Assembly: GCF_029504745.1 (NCBI RefSeq) | Contig: NZ_JAQFIQ010000008.1 | Location: 32,234 to 64,233 of the forward strand | Source: Breznakia sp. PF5-3 | GTDB lineage: Bacteria > Bacillota_I > Bacilli_A > Erysipelotrichales > Erysipelotrichaceae | Length of the DNA: 32,000 nt | Reading direction: 5' to 3' | Shown: one piece after another, positions 8,020 to 18,447 of the stretch | How the letters are laid out: each line of letters begins with the position of its first letter | Numbering within the stretch: position 1 is the first letter of the stretch | Notes under the pieces: generated by a model | Database searches by the model: none | Told to the model about the DNA's origin: nothing | What the model saw: only the letters and a program-made list of their open reading frames with translations | Program-made: the position numbers and the translations under genes

Positions 8020-8097
8020 CTTTTTTCAATATAGCTTTATATACAATTTTAGTGTAATATATTTTATAGATTTTAAACATTAAGAAAGGAGGTTTTT

Positions 8098-9450
8098 ATG
8101 AATCAGTTTGTACAAAATGATTTACAGACTGTTTGGGGGCAAATTCTAACAAAAATCAAAGAAGATAATATCTTTGATGAACCAGTTTTCCACTCTTACA
8201 TAAAAAGTTCTCTTCTTTATAATATAAGCGATGAAATGGCAATTATTGAGGTTCCTTACGTTACAAACAAAAATTTCTTTATTCAAAATATTGACGAGTT
8301 TCAAAAATTATTGAGTCAAGCATTTAATAGAGAACTTCATTGCCAAGTTGTACTATCAAGTGAAATATCAAACGTAAACAGGGAAGAAAAGAAAGATTTT
8401 ATTTTTGAATATGGAAATAAAATTTTAGATCAATATACCTTTGATAATTTTATTCAAGGTCAAAGTAATCAACAATCATTCGCAGCTGCCTATGGTTGTG
8501 CTTATTCTAAAGAAAAGAGCTTTTTTAATCCATTATTTATTTATGGAAACTCAGGATTGGGAAAAACCCACTTACTGCATGCTATTTGTAATTATTTAAA
8601 AGAGAATCGTCCAGACATAAAATATTTATATATTGATGGAAATGATTTCATTTCATTGATTATAAATTCTTTAAAAGAAAAAAATACAGATCAATTGATT
8701 GAAGAAATTATAAAATTGGACTATTTACTTATTGATGATATTCAACATTTAGCAAAAACAAATCAATCACAAGAATTATTTTTTAATATTTACAATAAAT
8801 TAAAATCCAATGGAAAACAGATTGTTTTAACAAGTGATGTCTATCCATCAGAATTAAAAAATATAAATGATCGTATTATTTCAAGATTTACTTCAGGATT
8901 ATCGGTTAGTATAACATCACCTGAATTTGAAACAGCTGTTTCTATCTTACAAAAAAAGTTAGAAGGTAGAAATAAGGAAATTAATATTAGTGAAGATGCT
9001 TTATATTATATTGCTCATAAATTTAATGAGGATGTTAGAAAATTAGAAGGAGCTTTGAATGAATTATTATTTAAGGCAATCATTTACAATCCTCCTATCA
9101 TTGATGAAAAATTTACAATTGAAATGTTTAAAGAAAATCCTATTATCAATCAAAATGATGAATTAACCATTAAGAAAATCAAAAAGGAAGTATGTAATTT
9201 CTATAATATTACATTGAAGCAAATAGAATCAAAATCTCGTACTGCAGATATTGCAAATGCAAGACATATAGCTATATATTTAAGTCGAGAATTATTGGAT
9301 ACTCCATTTAAAAAGATTGGATCTGAATTTGGTAATCGAGATCACTCCACAATTATGACTTCTTATGATAAAATAAGTAAGTTATCAAAAGAAAAGAGTA
9401 TCTATAAAGATGTCATTGATGAGATAAAAGAAAAGCTTGGTATAAACTAA
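8098..9450 (+). CDS. dnaA: Chromosomal replication initiator protein DnaA
   Basis: 450 aa. Walker A GNSGLGKTHLLHA, the LLIDDIQ box, and a C-terminal DNA-binding domain with the RHIAIYLSRELL and DHSTI motifs. AGGAGG RBS. Confidence 0.97.
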   Translation: MNQFVQNDLQTVWGQILTKIKEDNIFDEPVFHSYIKSSLLYNISDEMAIIEVPYVTNKNFFIQNIDEFQKLLSQAFNRELHCQVVLSSEISNVNREEKKDFIFEYGNKILDQYTFDNFIQGQSNQQSFAAAYGCAYSKEKSFFNPLFIYGNSGLGKTHLLHAICNYLKENRPDIKYLYIDGNDFISLIINSLKEKNTDQLIEEIIKLDYLLIDDIQHLAKTNQSQELFFNIYNKLKSNGKQIVLTSDVYPSELKNINDRIISRFTSGLSVSITSPEFETAVSILQKKLEGRNKEINISEDALYYIAHKFNEDVRKLEGALNELLFKAIIYNPPIIDEKFTIEMFKENPIINQNDELTIKKIKKEVCNFYNITLKQIESKSRTADIANARHIAIYLSRELLDTPFKKIGSEFGNRDHSTIMTSYDKISKLSKEKSIYKDVIDEIKEKLGIN

Positions 9451-9528
9451 ACATTTTTTACCAAAATTATGAACACTAAAAAAGTCTAAAATAGACGATG
9501 AATAGTGTTTTAAATTAAGTTTTAAACA

Positions 9529-9554
9529 TTTTCCACACACTAATAGTAATACTA
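9529..9554 (+). other. DnaA box (TTTTCCACA) followed by five phased nTA trinucleotides (DnaA-trio-like) in the dnaA-dnaN spacer
   Basis: Box at 9529-9537, 2-nt spacer, then CTA ATA GTA ATA CTA (9540-9554). The complementary strand read 3' to 5' is GAT TAT CAT TAT GAT. An AT-rich tract follows up to the dnaN RBS. Confidence 0.5.
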
Positions 9555-9589
9555 TTTAAAATACTTAATATAAAAGAGGAGGAAAAATC

Positions 9590-10708
9590 ATGTTTTTCAA
9601 AATTAACAAAAAAGAATTATTAAACAGTTTAAATGTTGTATCTAGAGCCATTTCAAATTATTCTCCATTACCTGCATTCTCAGGAATTAAATTTGATGTA
9701 AGTGAACAAGAGATTTGTTTAATGGCAAGTGATTCAGATATATCAATAAAAACTTATCTAACAATCAATGATGAATTTTATATGGAAATTATAAAACCTG
9801 GATCTATTGTAATTGAAGCAAAATACATTTTAGATATCGTTCGTAAAATGGATACTGAAGTTGTGGAAATTGAAGTATTGGATGGATGTAATATAAAAAT
9901 TAGTGATGAAAGTTCTGAATTTAAAATTATAGGTATGTATGCAAATGAATATCCTCTTATTGATTTTGATAAGAGTGAAGATTCATTTAAAATCAATAGT
10001 TTAGAACTTAAAAAAATTATTAATAAAACTATTTTTGCTACTAGTGATAAAGATACTCGTCCTTATCTAAATGGTATTAATTTTAAAATTGAAGGAAATA
10101 ATGTAGAATGTACAGCAACTGATTCTTATCGTTTAGCAAAAACTTCTTTTACGATTGAAAAAGATTTTAGTTACAATATTATCATTCCTTCAAAGAGTTT
10201 AAATGAACTTATGAAATCTTTAGATGAAGATAGAGAAATAGAACTTTTCTTATCAAATAAAAAAGTACAATTTTTAATTGATAATACAACAATTCAAACA
10301 AGACTTATTGATGGAAAATTTCCAGATACACAACAATTGATACCTACATCATTCGATTATGAATTAAGTTTAGATATTAGAGATATCTTAGGGTCTATTG
10401 ATCGTGTTAGTTTTATTAAGAATGATGGAGTAAATATCATTAAATTAGAATTAACAAGTGGAGAATGTATATTATCTAGTAAATCTCAAGAAATAGGATC
10501 GGCTACTGAAATTCTTAGAACAGCTAATTTTCAAGGAAATGATCTTAATATTTCATTTAATGGTCGTTATGTATTTGAAGCAATTAAAGCTATCAATGCT
10601 TCTACAATTAAATTTAAATTTAGTGGCGATATGAAACCCTTTATAATTGAAGGAGAAGGCATTGATAATGTTCTTCAATTAGTACTTCCAGTAAGAACTT
10701 ATTTATAG
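9590..10708 (+). CDS. dnaN: DNA polymerase III beta sliding clamp
   Basis: 372 aa. Typical three-domain clamp sequence (MFFKINKKELLNSLNVVSRAIS ... LVLPVRTYL). Position after dnaA. Confidence 0.95.
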   Translation: MFFKINKKELLNSLNVVSRAISNYSPLPAFSGIKFDVSEQEICLMASDSDISIKTYLTINDEFYMEIIKPGSIVIEAKYILDIVRKMDTEVVEIEVLDGCNIKISDESSEFKIIGMYANEYPLIDFDKSEDSFKINSLELKKIINKTIFATSDKDTRPYLNGINFKIEGNNVECTATDSYRLAKTSFTIEKDFSYNIIIPSKSLNELMKSLDEDREIELFLSNKKVQFLIDNTTIQTRLIDGKFPDTQQLIPTSFDYELSLDIRDILGSIDRVSFIKNDGVNIIKLELTSGECILSSKSQEIGSATEILRTANFQGNDLNISFNGRYVFEAIKAINASTIKFKFSGDMKPFIIEGEGIDNVLQLVLPVRTYL

Positions 10709-10714
10709 TGATAA

Positions 10715-10740
10715 AGAGAGGATTTAATCCTCTTTTTTTT
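10715..10740 (+). terminator. Intrinsic terminator after dnaN
   Basis: AGAGGAT-TTA-ATCCTCT hairpin (10717-10733) followed by T7-8. Confidence 0.7.
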
Positions 10741-10763
10741 GATTTTATGAAGGTTTAAAAAAG

Positions 10764-10793
10764 TTAGGTTAAATGTGGAAAATATGGTATAAT
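10764..10793 (+). promoter_or_regulatory. yaaA-recF-gyrB promoter (TTAGGT, 18 nt, TGgTATAAT) with a DnaA box in the spacer
   Basis: -35 at 10764-10769 and extended -10 at 10785-10793. TGTGGAAAA (complement TTTTCCACA) at 10774-10782 lies between them. Confidence 0.5.
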
Positions 10794-10822
10794 ATGACTG
10801 ATGTGAAATGGAGTTTTTGCTA

Positions 10823-11026
10823 ATGAAAATACCAATAAATACAGAATATGTTACACTTGGACAATTCTTGAAAATGACTGATTTTATTAGTAGTGGTGGG
10901 GAAGCTAAATTTGCTGTGAAAGAATTACATATAACAGTAAACGGAGAAGCTGAAAATCGTAGAGGCCGCAAACTATATAAAACAGATATTATTAAGATTG
11001 AAGACCAAACATTTGAAATTGAATGA
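10823..11026 (+). CDS. yaaA: S4-domain RNA-binding protein YaaA
   Basis: Track ORF trimmed to the ATG at 10823 (MKIPINTEYVTLGQFLK), with GGAG 9 nt upstream. A small S4-like protein in the conserved dnaN-yaaA-recF position. Its stop overlaps the recF start (ATGA). Confidence 0.8.
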   Translation: MKIPINTEYVTLGQFLKMTDFISSGGEAKFAVKELHITVNGEAENRRGRKLYKTDIIKIEDQTFEIE

Positions 11027-12126
11027 AAATTAAAAAACTGAAAATTTTAAATTTTCGTAATTATCAAAATGAAGAATTGCATTTTGATAATGGTATTCAT
11101 GTAATCATTGGTAAAAATGGACAAGGTAAAACAAACTTACTTGAGAGTATATATTATTTATCATGTACAAAGAGTCATCGAATTAAAGATGATCATAGTT
11201 TGATAAATAAAAACTCTTCATTTTTTAATTTAGATGCATGTATTACAAAGAATCAAAAAGATGTAGAAATTCGTTGTAATGTAAGTGATAGTGGCAAAAA
11301 TTTATTTTTATATCGAAATCCAATTCAAAAAGTAAGTGATTTTATTGGTTTCTTTAATGCCGTTATGTTTTATCCAGATGATATGAATTTATTTGGATCA
11401 ACACCAAAAAGAAGAAGACAATTTATTGATTTAGAATTGGGAAAATTATCAAAGACATATACAAATACTTTAAATAATTATTATAAAGTTTTAAAAGAGC
11501 GTAATAGTTATTTAAAAAATGGAAGTGTTGATCCGTTGTTTTTGGATACACTGGATGATCAATTGATTACTTATCAGATGAAGATAGTTAAGCAACGTAA
11601 AAAATTTATTGAAGATATTTTACGTAAGAGTAATGATTTCTATCTTTCTTTATCAAATGATAATACAGTGATTGATTATCGATATGTAAGTGATGTTATG
11701 TATGATGAAGATGAAATGGTAATGTGTAAAGAATTAAAAGCTAAATATTTAAAAGTTAGAGAAAAAGATTTGTATTTTAAAAGTAGTAGTATTGGTATAC
11801 ATCGAGATGATTATATATTTTATATGAATGGTAATGAAGTAAATACGTTTGCTTCACAAGGTCAAAAAAGAATCTTGTTGTTGAGTTTAAAATTAGGTAT
11901 TGTTTATACCATTTATGAGTTAACAAAAGATTATCCGGTTTTGATATTAGATGATGTATTTTCAGAACTAGATGAGGAAAGGCGAAAACGATTATTGACT
12001 TTATTGCCTGATGAAATTCAAATTTTTATTTCAACAACTGATTTTATAAAAATTGAAGATGATAAGAACATTAACTATTGGATGGTTGATGATGGAAATA
12101 TTGAAAAAATAAGGGGGAATTGCTAA
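11023..12126 (+). CDS. recF: DNA replication and repair protein RecF
   Basis: 367 aa. Walker [13 protein letters not shown], the SQGQ signature and Walker B LILDDV. Conserved position. Confidence 0.95.
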   Translation: MKIKKLKILNFRNYQNEELHFDNGIHVIIGKNGQGKTNLLESIYYLSCTKSHRIKDDHSLINKNSSFFNLDACITKNQKDVEIRCNVSDSGKNLFLYRNPIQKVSDFIGFFNAVMFYPDDMNLFGSTPKRRRQFIDLELGKLSKTYTNTLNNYYKVLKERNSYLKNGSVDPLFLDTLDDQLITYQMKIVKQRKKFIEDILRKSNDFYLSLSNDNTVIDYRYVSDVMYDEDEMVMCKELKAKYLKVREKDLYFKSSSIGIHRDDYIFYMNGNEVNTFASQGQKRILLLSLKLGIVYTIYELTKDYPVLILDDVFSELDEERRKRLLTLLPDEIQIFISTTDFIKIEDDKNINYWMVDDGNIEKIRGNC

Positions 12127-14042
12127 TGAATGAAGAAAAAGTAGAGCATTCGTATACGGCCGATGATATACAGGTCTTAGAAGGTTTAGAAGCTGTTAGA
12201 AAAAGACCTGGTATGTATATTGGATCTACTGCAGAGCGTGGATTGCATCATTTGGTATGGGAAATTGTCGATAATGGTATTGATGAGGCATTGGCTGGAT
12301 ATGCAAGTGATATTATTCTTACAATTGAAAAAGATAATATTATTAAAGTAGAAGATAATGGTCGTGGGATGCCTGTAGGATTACATAAGAAAACAAATAT
12401 ATCTACAGTAGAAACTATTTTTACCGTTCTTCATGCCGGTGGTAAATTTGGTGGTGGAGCATATAAAGTAAGTGGTGGTCTACATGGTGTAGGTGCATCG
12501 GTAGTTAATGCTCTTTCTGAATGGTTAGAAGTAGAAGTTCATCAAGATGGAAATATTAACTTTATTCGTTTTGAAAATGGTGGTAAAGCAGTGGCTCCTT
12601 TAAAAGTTACAGGAAAAACAGATAAACATGGATCTATTGTTCGCTTTAAAGCTGATCCAACTATTTTCACCGAAACAACAACATATAATTTTGAAACTTT
12701 AAAAGCACGAATTCGCCAATTGGCTTTCTTGAATAAAGGAATTCGTATGGTTCTTATTGATGAGCGTGAAGATGAAGTTAAGAAATTAGTTTATCACTAT
12801 GAAGGTGGTATAAAAGAATATGTTGAATATCTTAATAAGAATAAAGAAGTTCTTCATGATGAAGTTGTATATGTTGAAGGAATTGAAGATGATATTATCG
12901 CGGAGATTGCTCTTCAATATAACAATGGATACTTACCTAATATTTATTCTTTCTGTAATAACATTAATACTGCAGAAGGAGGAACTCATGAGGATGGATT
13001 CCGTTTAGCTCTTACAAGAGTTATTAATAAATATGCTCAGGAAAATGGATTTATTAAGAAAGATGAATCTTTAATTGGAGATGATGTCCGTGAGGGAATT
13101 ACAGCGATTATTTCTATTAAGCATCCAAATCCTCAATATGAAGGACAAACAAAGACAAAATTAGGAAATTCAGAAGTTCGTAAAATTGTTTCTTCAATCT
13201 TAGGAACACAGTTAGAACGCTTTTTAATGGAAAATCCAGATACTGCAAAAGTAATTATGGAAAAATCAGTTGTAGCTTCTAAAGCGAGAATGGCTGCAAA
13301 AAAAGCAAGAGAACTTACAAGACGTAAAAATGCACTAGAAATTTCTTCTTTACCTGGAAAATTAGCTGATTGTTCAAGTAAAGATGCAAGTATGTGTGAA
13401 ATATATATAGTCGAAGGGGATTCAGCCGGAGGAAGTGCAAAGCAAGGACGTAATCCAAAATATCAAGCTATTTTGCCATTACGTGGTAAAATTTTGAATG
13501 TTGAAAAAGCAAGACTACATAAAATATTTGAAAATAATGAAATTCGTTCTATGGTTACTGCTTTTGGTACTGGTATTGGTGAAGAATTAGAACCAGATAA
13601 ATTAAGGTATCATAAAATTGTAATTATGACCGACGCGGATGTCGATGGAGCACATATTCGTACTTTATTACTTACTTTCTTCTATCGATACTTAAAACCA
13701 GTTATTGAAGGAGGTTATATTTATATAGCACAACCTCCATTATATAAAGTTCAAAAAGGAAATAGCATCAAATATGCTTATTCAGATGAACAGATGGAAA
13801 TTATTAGAGGAGAAATGGGAGAACGTACAAATATTCAACGTTATAAAGGATTGGGAGAAATGAATGCTGATCAATTATGGGAAACGACAATGAATCCTGA
13901 AAATCGTACGCTTATTCAAGTTACGATTGAGGATGCAATTGAAGCTGATGAAGTATTTTCAATGTTGATGGGTGATGAAGTAGAACCACGTAGAAAATTT
14001 ATTCAAGAGAATGCTGTCTACGTTAAGAATTTAGATATATAG
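12126..14042 (+). CDS. gyrB: DNA gyrase subunit B
   Basis: Start trimmed to the ATG at 12126 ([33 protein letters not shown]), which overlaps the recF stop by 1 nt, with a GGGGGA RBS. GHKL ATPase and Toprim motifs ([23 protein letters not shown]). Confidence 0.97.
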   Translation: MNEEKVEHSYTADDIQVLEGLEAVRKRPGMYIGSTAERGLHHLVWEIVDNGIDEALAGYASDIILTIEKDNIIKVEDNGRGMPVGLHKKTNISTVETIFTVLHAGGKFGGGAYKVSGGLHGVGASVVNALSEWLEVEVHQDGNINFIRFENGGKAVAPLKVTGKTDKHGSIVRFKADPTIFTETTTYNFETLKARIRQLAFLNKGIRMVLIDEREDEVKKLVYHYEGGIKEYVEYLNKNKEVLHDEVVYVEGIEDDIIAEIALQYNNGYLPNIYSFCNNINTAEGGTHEDGFRLALTRVINKYAQENGFIKKDESLIGDDVREGITAIISIKHPNPQYEGQTKTKLGNSEVRKIVSSILGTQLERFLMENPDTAKVIMEKSVVASKARMAAKKARELTRRKNALEISSLPGKLADCSSKDASMCEIYIVEGDSAGGSAKQGRNPKYQAILPLRGKILNVEKARLHKIFENNEIRSMVTAFGTGIGEELEPDKLRYHKIVIMTDADVDGAHIRTLLLTFFYRYLKPVIEGGYIYIAQPPLYKVQKGNSIKYAYSDEQMEIIRGEMGERTNIQRYKGLGEMNADQLWETTMNPENRTLIQVTIEDAIEADEVFSMLMGDEVEPRRKFIQENAVYVKNLDI

Positions 14043-14054
14043 GAGGCAATTTTA

Positions 14055-16532
14055 ATGGATGATATTAATAAAGTAATTCAGTTAGACATTGCCAGTGATA
14101 TGCGAGATAGTTTTCTTGATTACTCAATGTCAGTTATTGTATCTCGGGCATTGCCAGATGCAAGAGATGGAATGAAACCAGTTCATCGTCGTATCTTACA
14201 TGGTATGAATGAACAAGGAATGTATAGTGATAAACCATATAAAAAATCAGCTAGAATTGTTGGGGATGTAATGGGGAAATATCACCCTCATGGTGATTCT
14301 TCTATTTATGAAGCAATGGTTCGTATGGCACAAGATTTTTCTTATCGTTATCCTTTGGTTCAAGGTCATGGTAACTTTGGTTCAATGGATGGAGATGGTG
14401 CAGCAGCAATGCGTTATACAGAAGCACGTATGTCAAAAATATCGATGGAGTTAATCCGTGATATTAATAAAGACACAGTTGATTTTGTAGATAACTATGA
14501 TGGTGAAGAAAAAGAACCATCAGTATTGCCAGCAAAATTTCCAAATTTAATTGTAAATGGTTCTATGGGTATTGCTGTTGGGATGGCAACTAATATTCCA
14601 CCTCATAATCTTAATGAAACCATTGATGCAGCTTTAGCTGTTATTAAAAATCCTGAGATAACAGTGATGGAACTTATGGAAAATCATATTTTTGGTCCAG
14701 ACTTTCCAACAGGTGGTGTTATTTTAGGAAGAAGTGGAATTAAAAGTGCTTTTGAAACAGGTAAAGGTTCTATTATTACTCGTGCAAAAGTAAATATTGA
14801 AGAAAAAGATAATGGAAAATCATGGTTAATATTTAATGAAATTCCTTATCAGGTAAATAAATCAACATTAGTTAAAAAAATAGCAGATTTAGTTCGTGAA
14901 AAAATGATTGAAGGAATTACTGATTTACGTGATGAATCCAATCGTGATGGAGTTCGTATTGTAATTGAACTTAGAAAAGATGTACAAGCAGAAGTAGTTC
15001 TAAATCAATTATATAGATTAACTCCATTACAATCTTCTTTTGGTGTTAATTTCTTAGCATTGGTAGATGGAGCTCCAAAACAATTAAGTATTAAAGAAGC
15101 TCTTGAAGTATATATAAAACATCAAATTGAAGTAATTGAAAGAAGAACTAGATTTGATTTGAAAAAAGCAGAGGATCGTGCTCATATTTTAGAAGGGTTA
15201 CGTATTGCTTTAGATCATATTGATGAAATTATTACCTTAATTCGTAATTCAAAAGATGATGAAGAGGCAAGAAATGGATTGATGAGTAAGTTTGAATTGT
15301 CTGAAATTCAAGCAAAGGCAATCTTAGAAATGCAATTACGTCGTTTGACAGGATTACAAAGAGAAAAAATTGAAGCAGAATATAATGAATTAATCGAATT
15401 GATTAAGGATTTAAAAGATATTCTTGCAAATCATGAACGTGTACTTGAAATTATTTGTAATGAATTAGAAGAAATAAAAGAAAAGTATGGGGATGAGCGT
15501 CGTACAGAAATTAGTGATCAAGGTATTGATATTGAAGATGAAGATTTGATTCCAGTAGAAGATGTCGTTATTTCAATGACTGCTACAGGATACATCAAAC
15601 GCTTACCTACAGATACATACCGTACACAAAATAGAGGTGGACGTGGTGTAAAAGGAATGACAATGAATGAAGATGATATTGTAGATATTTTAATTACAAT
15701 GTCGACCCATGATTATTTATTGTTATTTACAAATAAAGGAAAAGTATATCGAATGAAAGGATATAAGATTCCAGCAGGTTCAAGAACATCAAAAGGATTG
15801 CCAGTTGTTAATTTATTGAATTTGGCAAGTGATGAAAAGATTTGTGCATTGGTTCCAGAAGTGAATCGTGAAGAAACAAAATATTTATTCTTTGTTACAC
15901 GTAATGGAATTGTTAAGCGTGTAAATGTTACAGAATTTGAATCTATTCGTCAAAATGGTAAGATTGCAATTACTTTAAAAGATGAAGATGAACTTGTAAC
16001 CGTAAAAGGAACAAGTGGTGAGTGTGAAGTTATCATCGCTGGTTCAAATGGAAAAGCGGTTCGATTTAATGAAAATAATGTTCGTCCAATGGGAAGAACA
16101 GCAAGTGGTGTAAAAGGATTTAATATTGATGGATCATATGTTGTTGGTGCTGCTACAAATAATGAAGGAAAATATTTACTTTCAGTTAGTGAAAATGGAT
16201 ATGGAAAACGTAGTGAAATTGTAGATTATCGCTTAACATCACGTGGAACCAAAGGTGTTAAAACAATCAATATTACAGAAAAGACAGGTAATTTAGTTGC
16301 TGTTCGTTCCGTAAATGGTGATGAAGATGCAATGATTATTACGAACGAAGGTATCATTATTCGTATCTCTTTAGAAAATGTTGGCGTATATGGAAGAAAT
16401 ACCCAAGGAGTTAAATTAATTAATGTAGCTGAAAATGAAGCGGTCGCTAGAATTGCGATTGTAAAAGCTGAAGATGAAGAAAATGAAGAAGCTTCAGAAT
16501 CTAATGAGGAAGTAGTTGACAGTGAAAATTAA
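14055..16532 (+). CDS. gyrA: DNA gyrase subunit A
   Basis: 825 aa. Active-site region [10 protein letters not shown], the QRDR-like [13 protein letters not shown] segment, a C-terminal beta-pinwheel and an acidic tail. Confidence 0.97.
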   Translation: MDDINKVIQLDIASDMRDSFLDYSMSVIVSRALPDARDGMKPVHRRILHGMNEQGMYSDKPYKKSARIVGDVMGKYHPHGDSSIYEAMVRMAQDFSYRYPLVQGHGNFGSMDGDGAAAMRYTEARMSKISMELIRDINKDTVDFVDNYDGEEKEPSVLPAKFPNLIVNGSMGIAVGMATNIPPHNLNETIDAALAVIKNPEITVMELMENHIFGPDFPTGGVILGRSGIKSAFETGKGSIITRAKVNIEEKDNGKSWLIFNEIPYQVNKSTLVKKIADLVREKMIEGITDLRDESNRDGVRIVIELRKDVQAEVVLNQLYRLTPLQSSFGVNFLALVDGAPKQLSIKEALEVYIKHQIEVIERRTRFDLKKAEDRAHILEGLRIALDHIDEIITLIRNSKDDEEARNGLMSKFELSEIQAKAILEMQLRRLTGLQREKIEAEYNELIELIKDLKDILANHERVLEIICNELEEIKEKYGDERRTEISDQGIDIEDEDLIPVEDVVISMTATGYIKRLPTDTYRTQNRGGRGVKGMTMNEDDIVDILITMSTHDYLLLFTNKGKVYRMKGYKIPAGSRTSKGLPVVNLLNLASDEKICALVPEVNREETKYLFFVTRNGIVKRVNVTEFESIRQNGKIAITLKDEDELVTVKGTSGECEVIIAGSNGKAVRFNENNVRPMGRTASGVKGFNIDGSYVVGAATNNEGKYLLSVSENGYGKRSEIVDYRLTSRGTKGVKTINITEKTGNLVAVRSVNGDEDAMIITNEGIIIRISLENVGVYGRNTQGVKLINVAENEAVARIAIVKAEDEENEEASESNEEVVDSEN

Positions 16533-16554
16533 TTATTGTATAAAATAGATAAAG

Positions 16555-16767
16555 CAATGATAAGGAAAAGTAATTAATATTTTATTTATAGAGAGTTGAT
16601 GTTTGGTGTAAATCAATAAGAAATATTAATGAAATCAGCCTAGGAGTGAATTGAAGAATAAAGTATTCAATTACGGTAGTAACGTTATAGCTTAGAGAAA
16701 CGAAAGTTTGAAGAAGGGTGGCAACACGTAAGAATACGTCCCTTTATGCCACCTTTCTTTTGTTTTT
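16555..16767 (+). promoter_or_regulatory. T-box leader (tRNA-sensing riboswitch) controlling serS
   Basis: Stem I elements: base helix CAAT/ATTG, AGTA, a 10-bp helix (16573-16582 with 16621-16630), AGAGAG bulge and GGTG-containing distal loop. Specifier loop GAAATCAG at 16631-16638. T-box sequence AAGAAGGGTGGCAACACG at 16711-16728. Terminator AAGGGTGGCA / TGCCACCTT followed by a T-run to 16767. Confidence 0.85.
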
Positions 16768-16778
16768 AAGGAGGAAAT

Positions 16779-18068
16779 ATGATAGATATAAAATTTTTAA
16801 GAGAAAACCCAGAGGCAGTAAAAGAAAATATTAAAAAGAAATTTCAAGATCAAAAGTTACCTTTGGTAGATGAAGTAATTACTTATGATAAAGAAAGTAG
16901 AGCAGCACAAACAAGGGCTGATGAACTTCGCTCTAAGCGAAATAAAATTAGTAAAGAAATAGGTGCACTGATGTCGCAAGGGAAAAAAGAAGAGGCTATG
17001 AAGTGTAAAGAAGAAGTACAGTCTATGGCTACAGAGTTAGAAAGTCTTGAAGCAAAAGAAGAACAATTACAAGAAAAAGTAAAAGAAATCATGATGGTAA
17101 TACCAAACATGATTGATGATAGTGTTCCTATTGGTAAGGATGATAGTGAAAATGTAGAACTAGAAAAATTTGGGGATCCTATTGTACCAGACTTTGAAAT
17201 TCCTTATCATACAGAAATCATGGAGAACTTTGATGGGATTGATTTAGATAGTGCTAGAAAAGTAGCTGGAAATGGTTTTTATTATTTAATGGGCGATATT
17301 GCAAGAATTCATTCGGCAGTTATTACTTATGCCAGAGATTTTATGATTGATCGAGGTTTTACCTATTGTGTTCCTCCATTCATGATTCGTAGCAATGTTG
17401 TTACTGGAGTTATGAGTTTTGCGGAAATGGAAAGCATGATGTATAAAATAGAAGGAGAGGATTTATATTTAATTGGTACAAGTGAACACTCAATGATTGG
17501 TAAGTTTATCGATACTATTGTTGATGAAAAAACATTACCACAAACTTATACAAGTTATTCTCCTTGTTTTAGAAAAGAAAAGGGAGCTCATGGAATTGAA
17601 GAACGTGGAGTGTATCGTATTCATCAATTTGAAAAACAAGAGATGATTGTTGTATGTGCACCTGAAGAAAGTGCAATGTGGTTTGAAAAACTATATATGA
17701 ACACGGTTGACTTGTTTAGAACCCTTGATATTCCTGTTCGTGCATTAGAATGTTGTTCTGGTGACTTAGCAGATTTAAAAAATAAAAGTGTGGATGTAGA
17801 AGCATGGAGCCCACGGCAAAAGAAATATTTTGAAGTTGGAAGTTGTTCAAACTTAACTGATGCTCAAGCGAGAAGATTAAAAATACGAGTAAATGGAGAA
17901 AAAGGAAAATACTATGCTCATACATTAAATAATACAGTTGTAGCTCCTCCAAGAATGTTGATTGCCTTTTTAGAAAATAATTTAAATAAAGATGGATCTA
18001 TTGACATACCAGAAGCACTTCAACCATATATGGGTGGTAAAAAACGTTTAGAACCAAAAAATAAATAA
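16779..18068 (+). CDS. serS: Seryl-tRNA synthetase
   Basis: 429 aa. N-terminal coiled-coil arm (MIDIKFLRENPEAVKENIKKK) and class II core motifs (FRKEKGAHG, RIHQFEKQE, GSCSN). AGGAGG RBS. Confidence 0.95.
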   Translation: MIDIKFLRENPEAVKENIKKKFQDQKLPLVDEVITYDKESRAAQTRADELRSKRNKISKEIGALMSQGKKEEAMKCKEEVQSMATELESLEAKEEQLQEKVKEIMMVIPNMIDDSVPIGKDDSENVELEKFGDPIVPDFEIPYHTEIMENFDGIDLDSARKVAGNGFYYLMGDIARIHSAVITYARDFMIDRGFTYCVPPFMIRSNVVTGVMSFAEMESMMYKIEGEDLYLIGTSEHSMIGKFIDTIVDEKTLPQTYTSYSPCFRKEKGAHGIEERGVYRIHQFEKQEMIVVCAPEESAMWFEKLYMNTVDLFRTLDIPVRALECCSGDLADLKNKSVDVEAWSPRQKKYFEVGSCSNLTDAQARRLKIRVNGEKGKYYAHTLNNTVVAPPRMLIAFLENNLNKDGSIDIPEALQPYMGGKKRLEPKNK

Positions 18069-18082
18069 TAGAATACATAATG

Positions 18083-18117
18083 ATACGCTTTATAGTTTAC
18101 TATGAAGCGTATTTTTA
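18083..18117 (+). terminator. Intrinsic terminator after serS
   Basis: 13-bp stem ATACGCTTTATAG / CTATGAAGCGTAT (one G-U), 4-nt loop, T-run. Confidence 0.7.
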
Positions 18118-18198
18118 ATTTTATACTATAGTCTCTTACTACAATGAACCTTATCTATAAATAATTCATCTAGTTATATATGATACAAAGGAGGCAAT

Positions 18199-18444
18199 AT
18201 GAATAACAATAGTTCAAAGAGTGGATGTATATTTGAAATTATTTTTGGTTTTATTTGGGGAGCAATGGGATTGCTAATGTGGCTTGTTGTAGATATGTCT
18301 ACTGTTTCAAGTGTTCAAATACCAAGATTTATGACTTTCTTCTATGATATTTTTGGTTTTGAGATAGGTGTTATTATTCAAACAATTATTGGTATATTAC
18401 TAATTGTACATGGAATCTATAGATTAATAAAAAGAAGAAAATAA
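18199..18444 (+). CDS. Hypothetical small membrane protein (two predicted TM helices, basic C-terminus)
   Basis: 81 aa. Strong RBS AAGGAGG 6 nt upstream. Two hydrophobic segments and a KRRK tail. I recognise no family. Confidence 0.55.
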   Translation: MNNNSSKSGCIFEIIFGFIWGAMGLLMWLVVDMSTVSSVQIPRFMTFFYDIFGFEIGVIIQTIIGILLIVHGIYRLIKRRK

Positions 18445-18447
18445 AAA

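Noticed and set aside
10699-10971. Minus-strand 90-aa ORF antisense to the dnaN terminator, the yaaA promoter and yaaA
   Set aside because: It overlaps a well-supported promoter, terminator and CDS on the plus strand. It has no RBS and an implausible composition.
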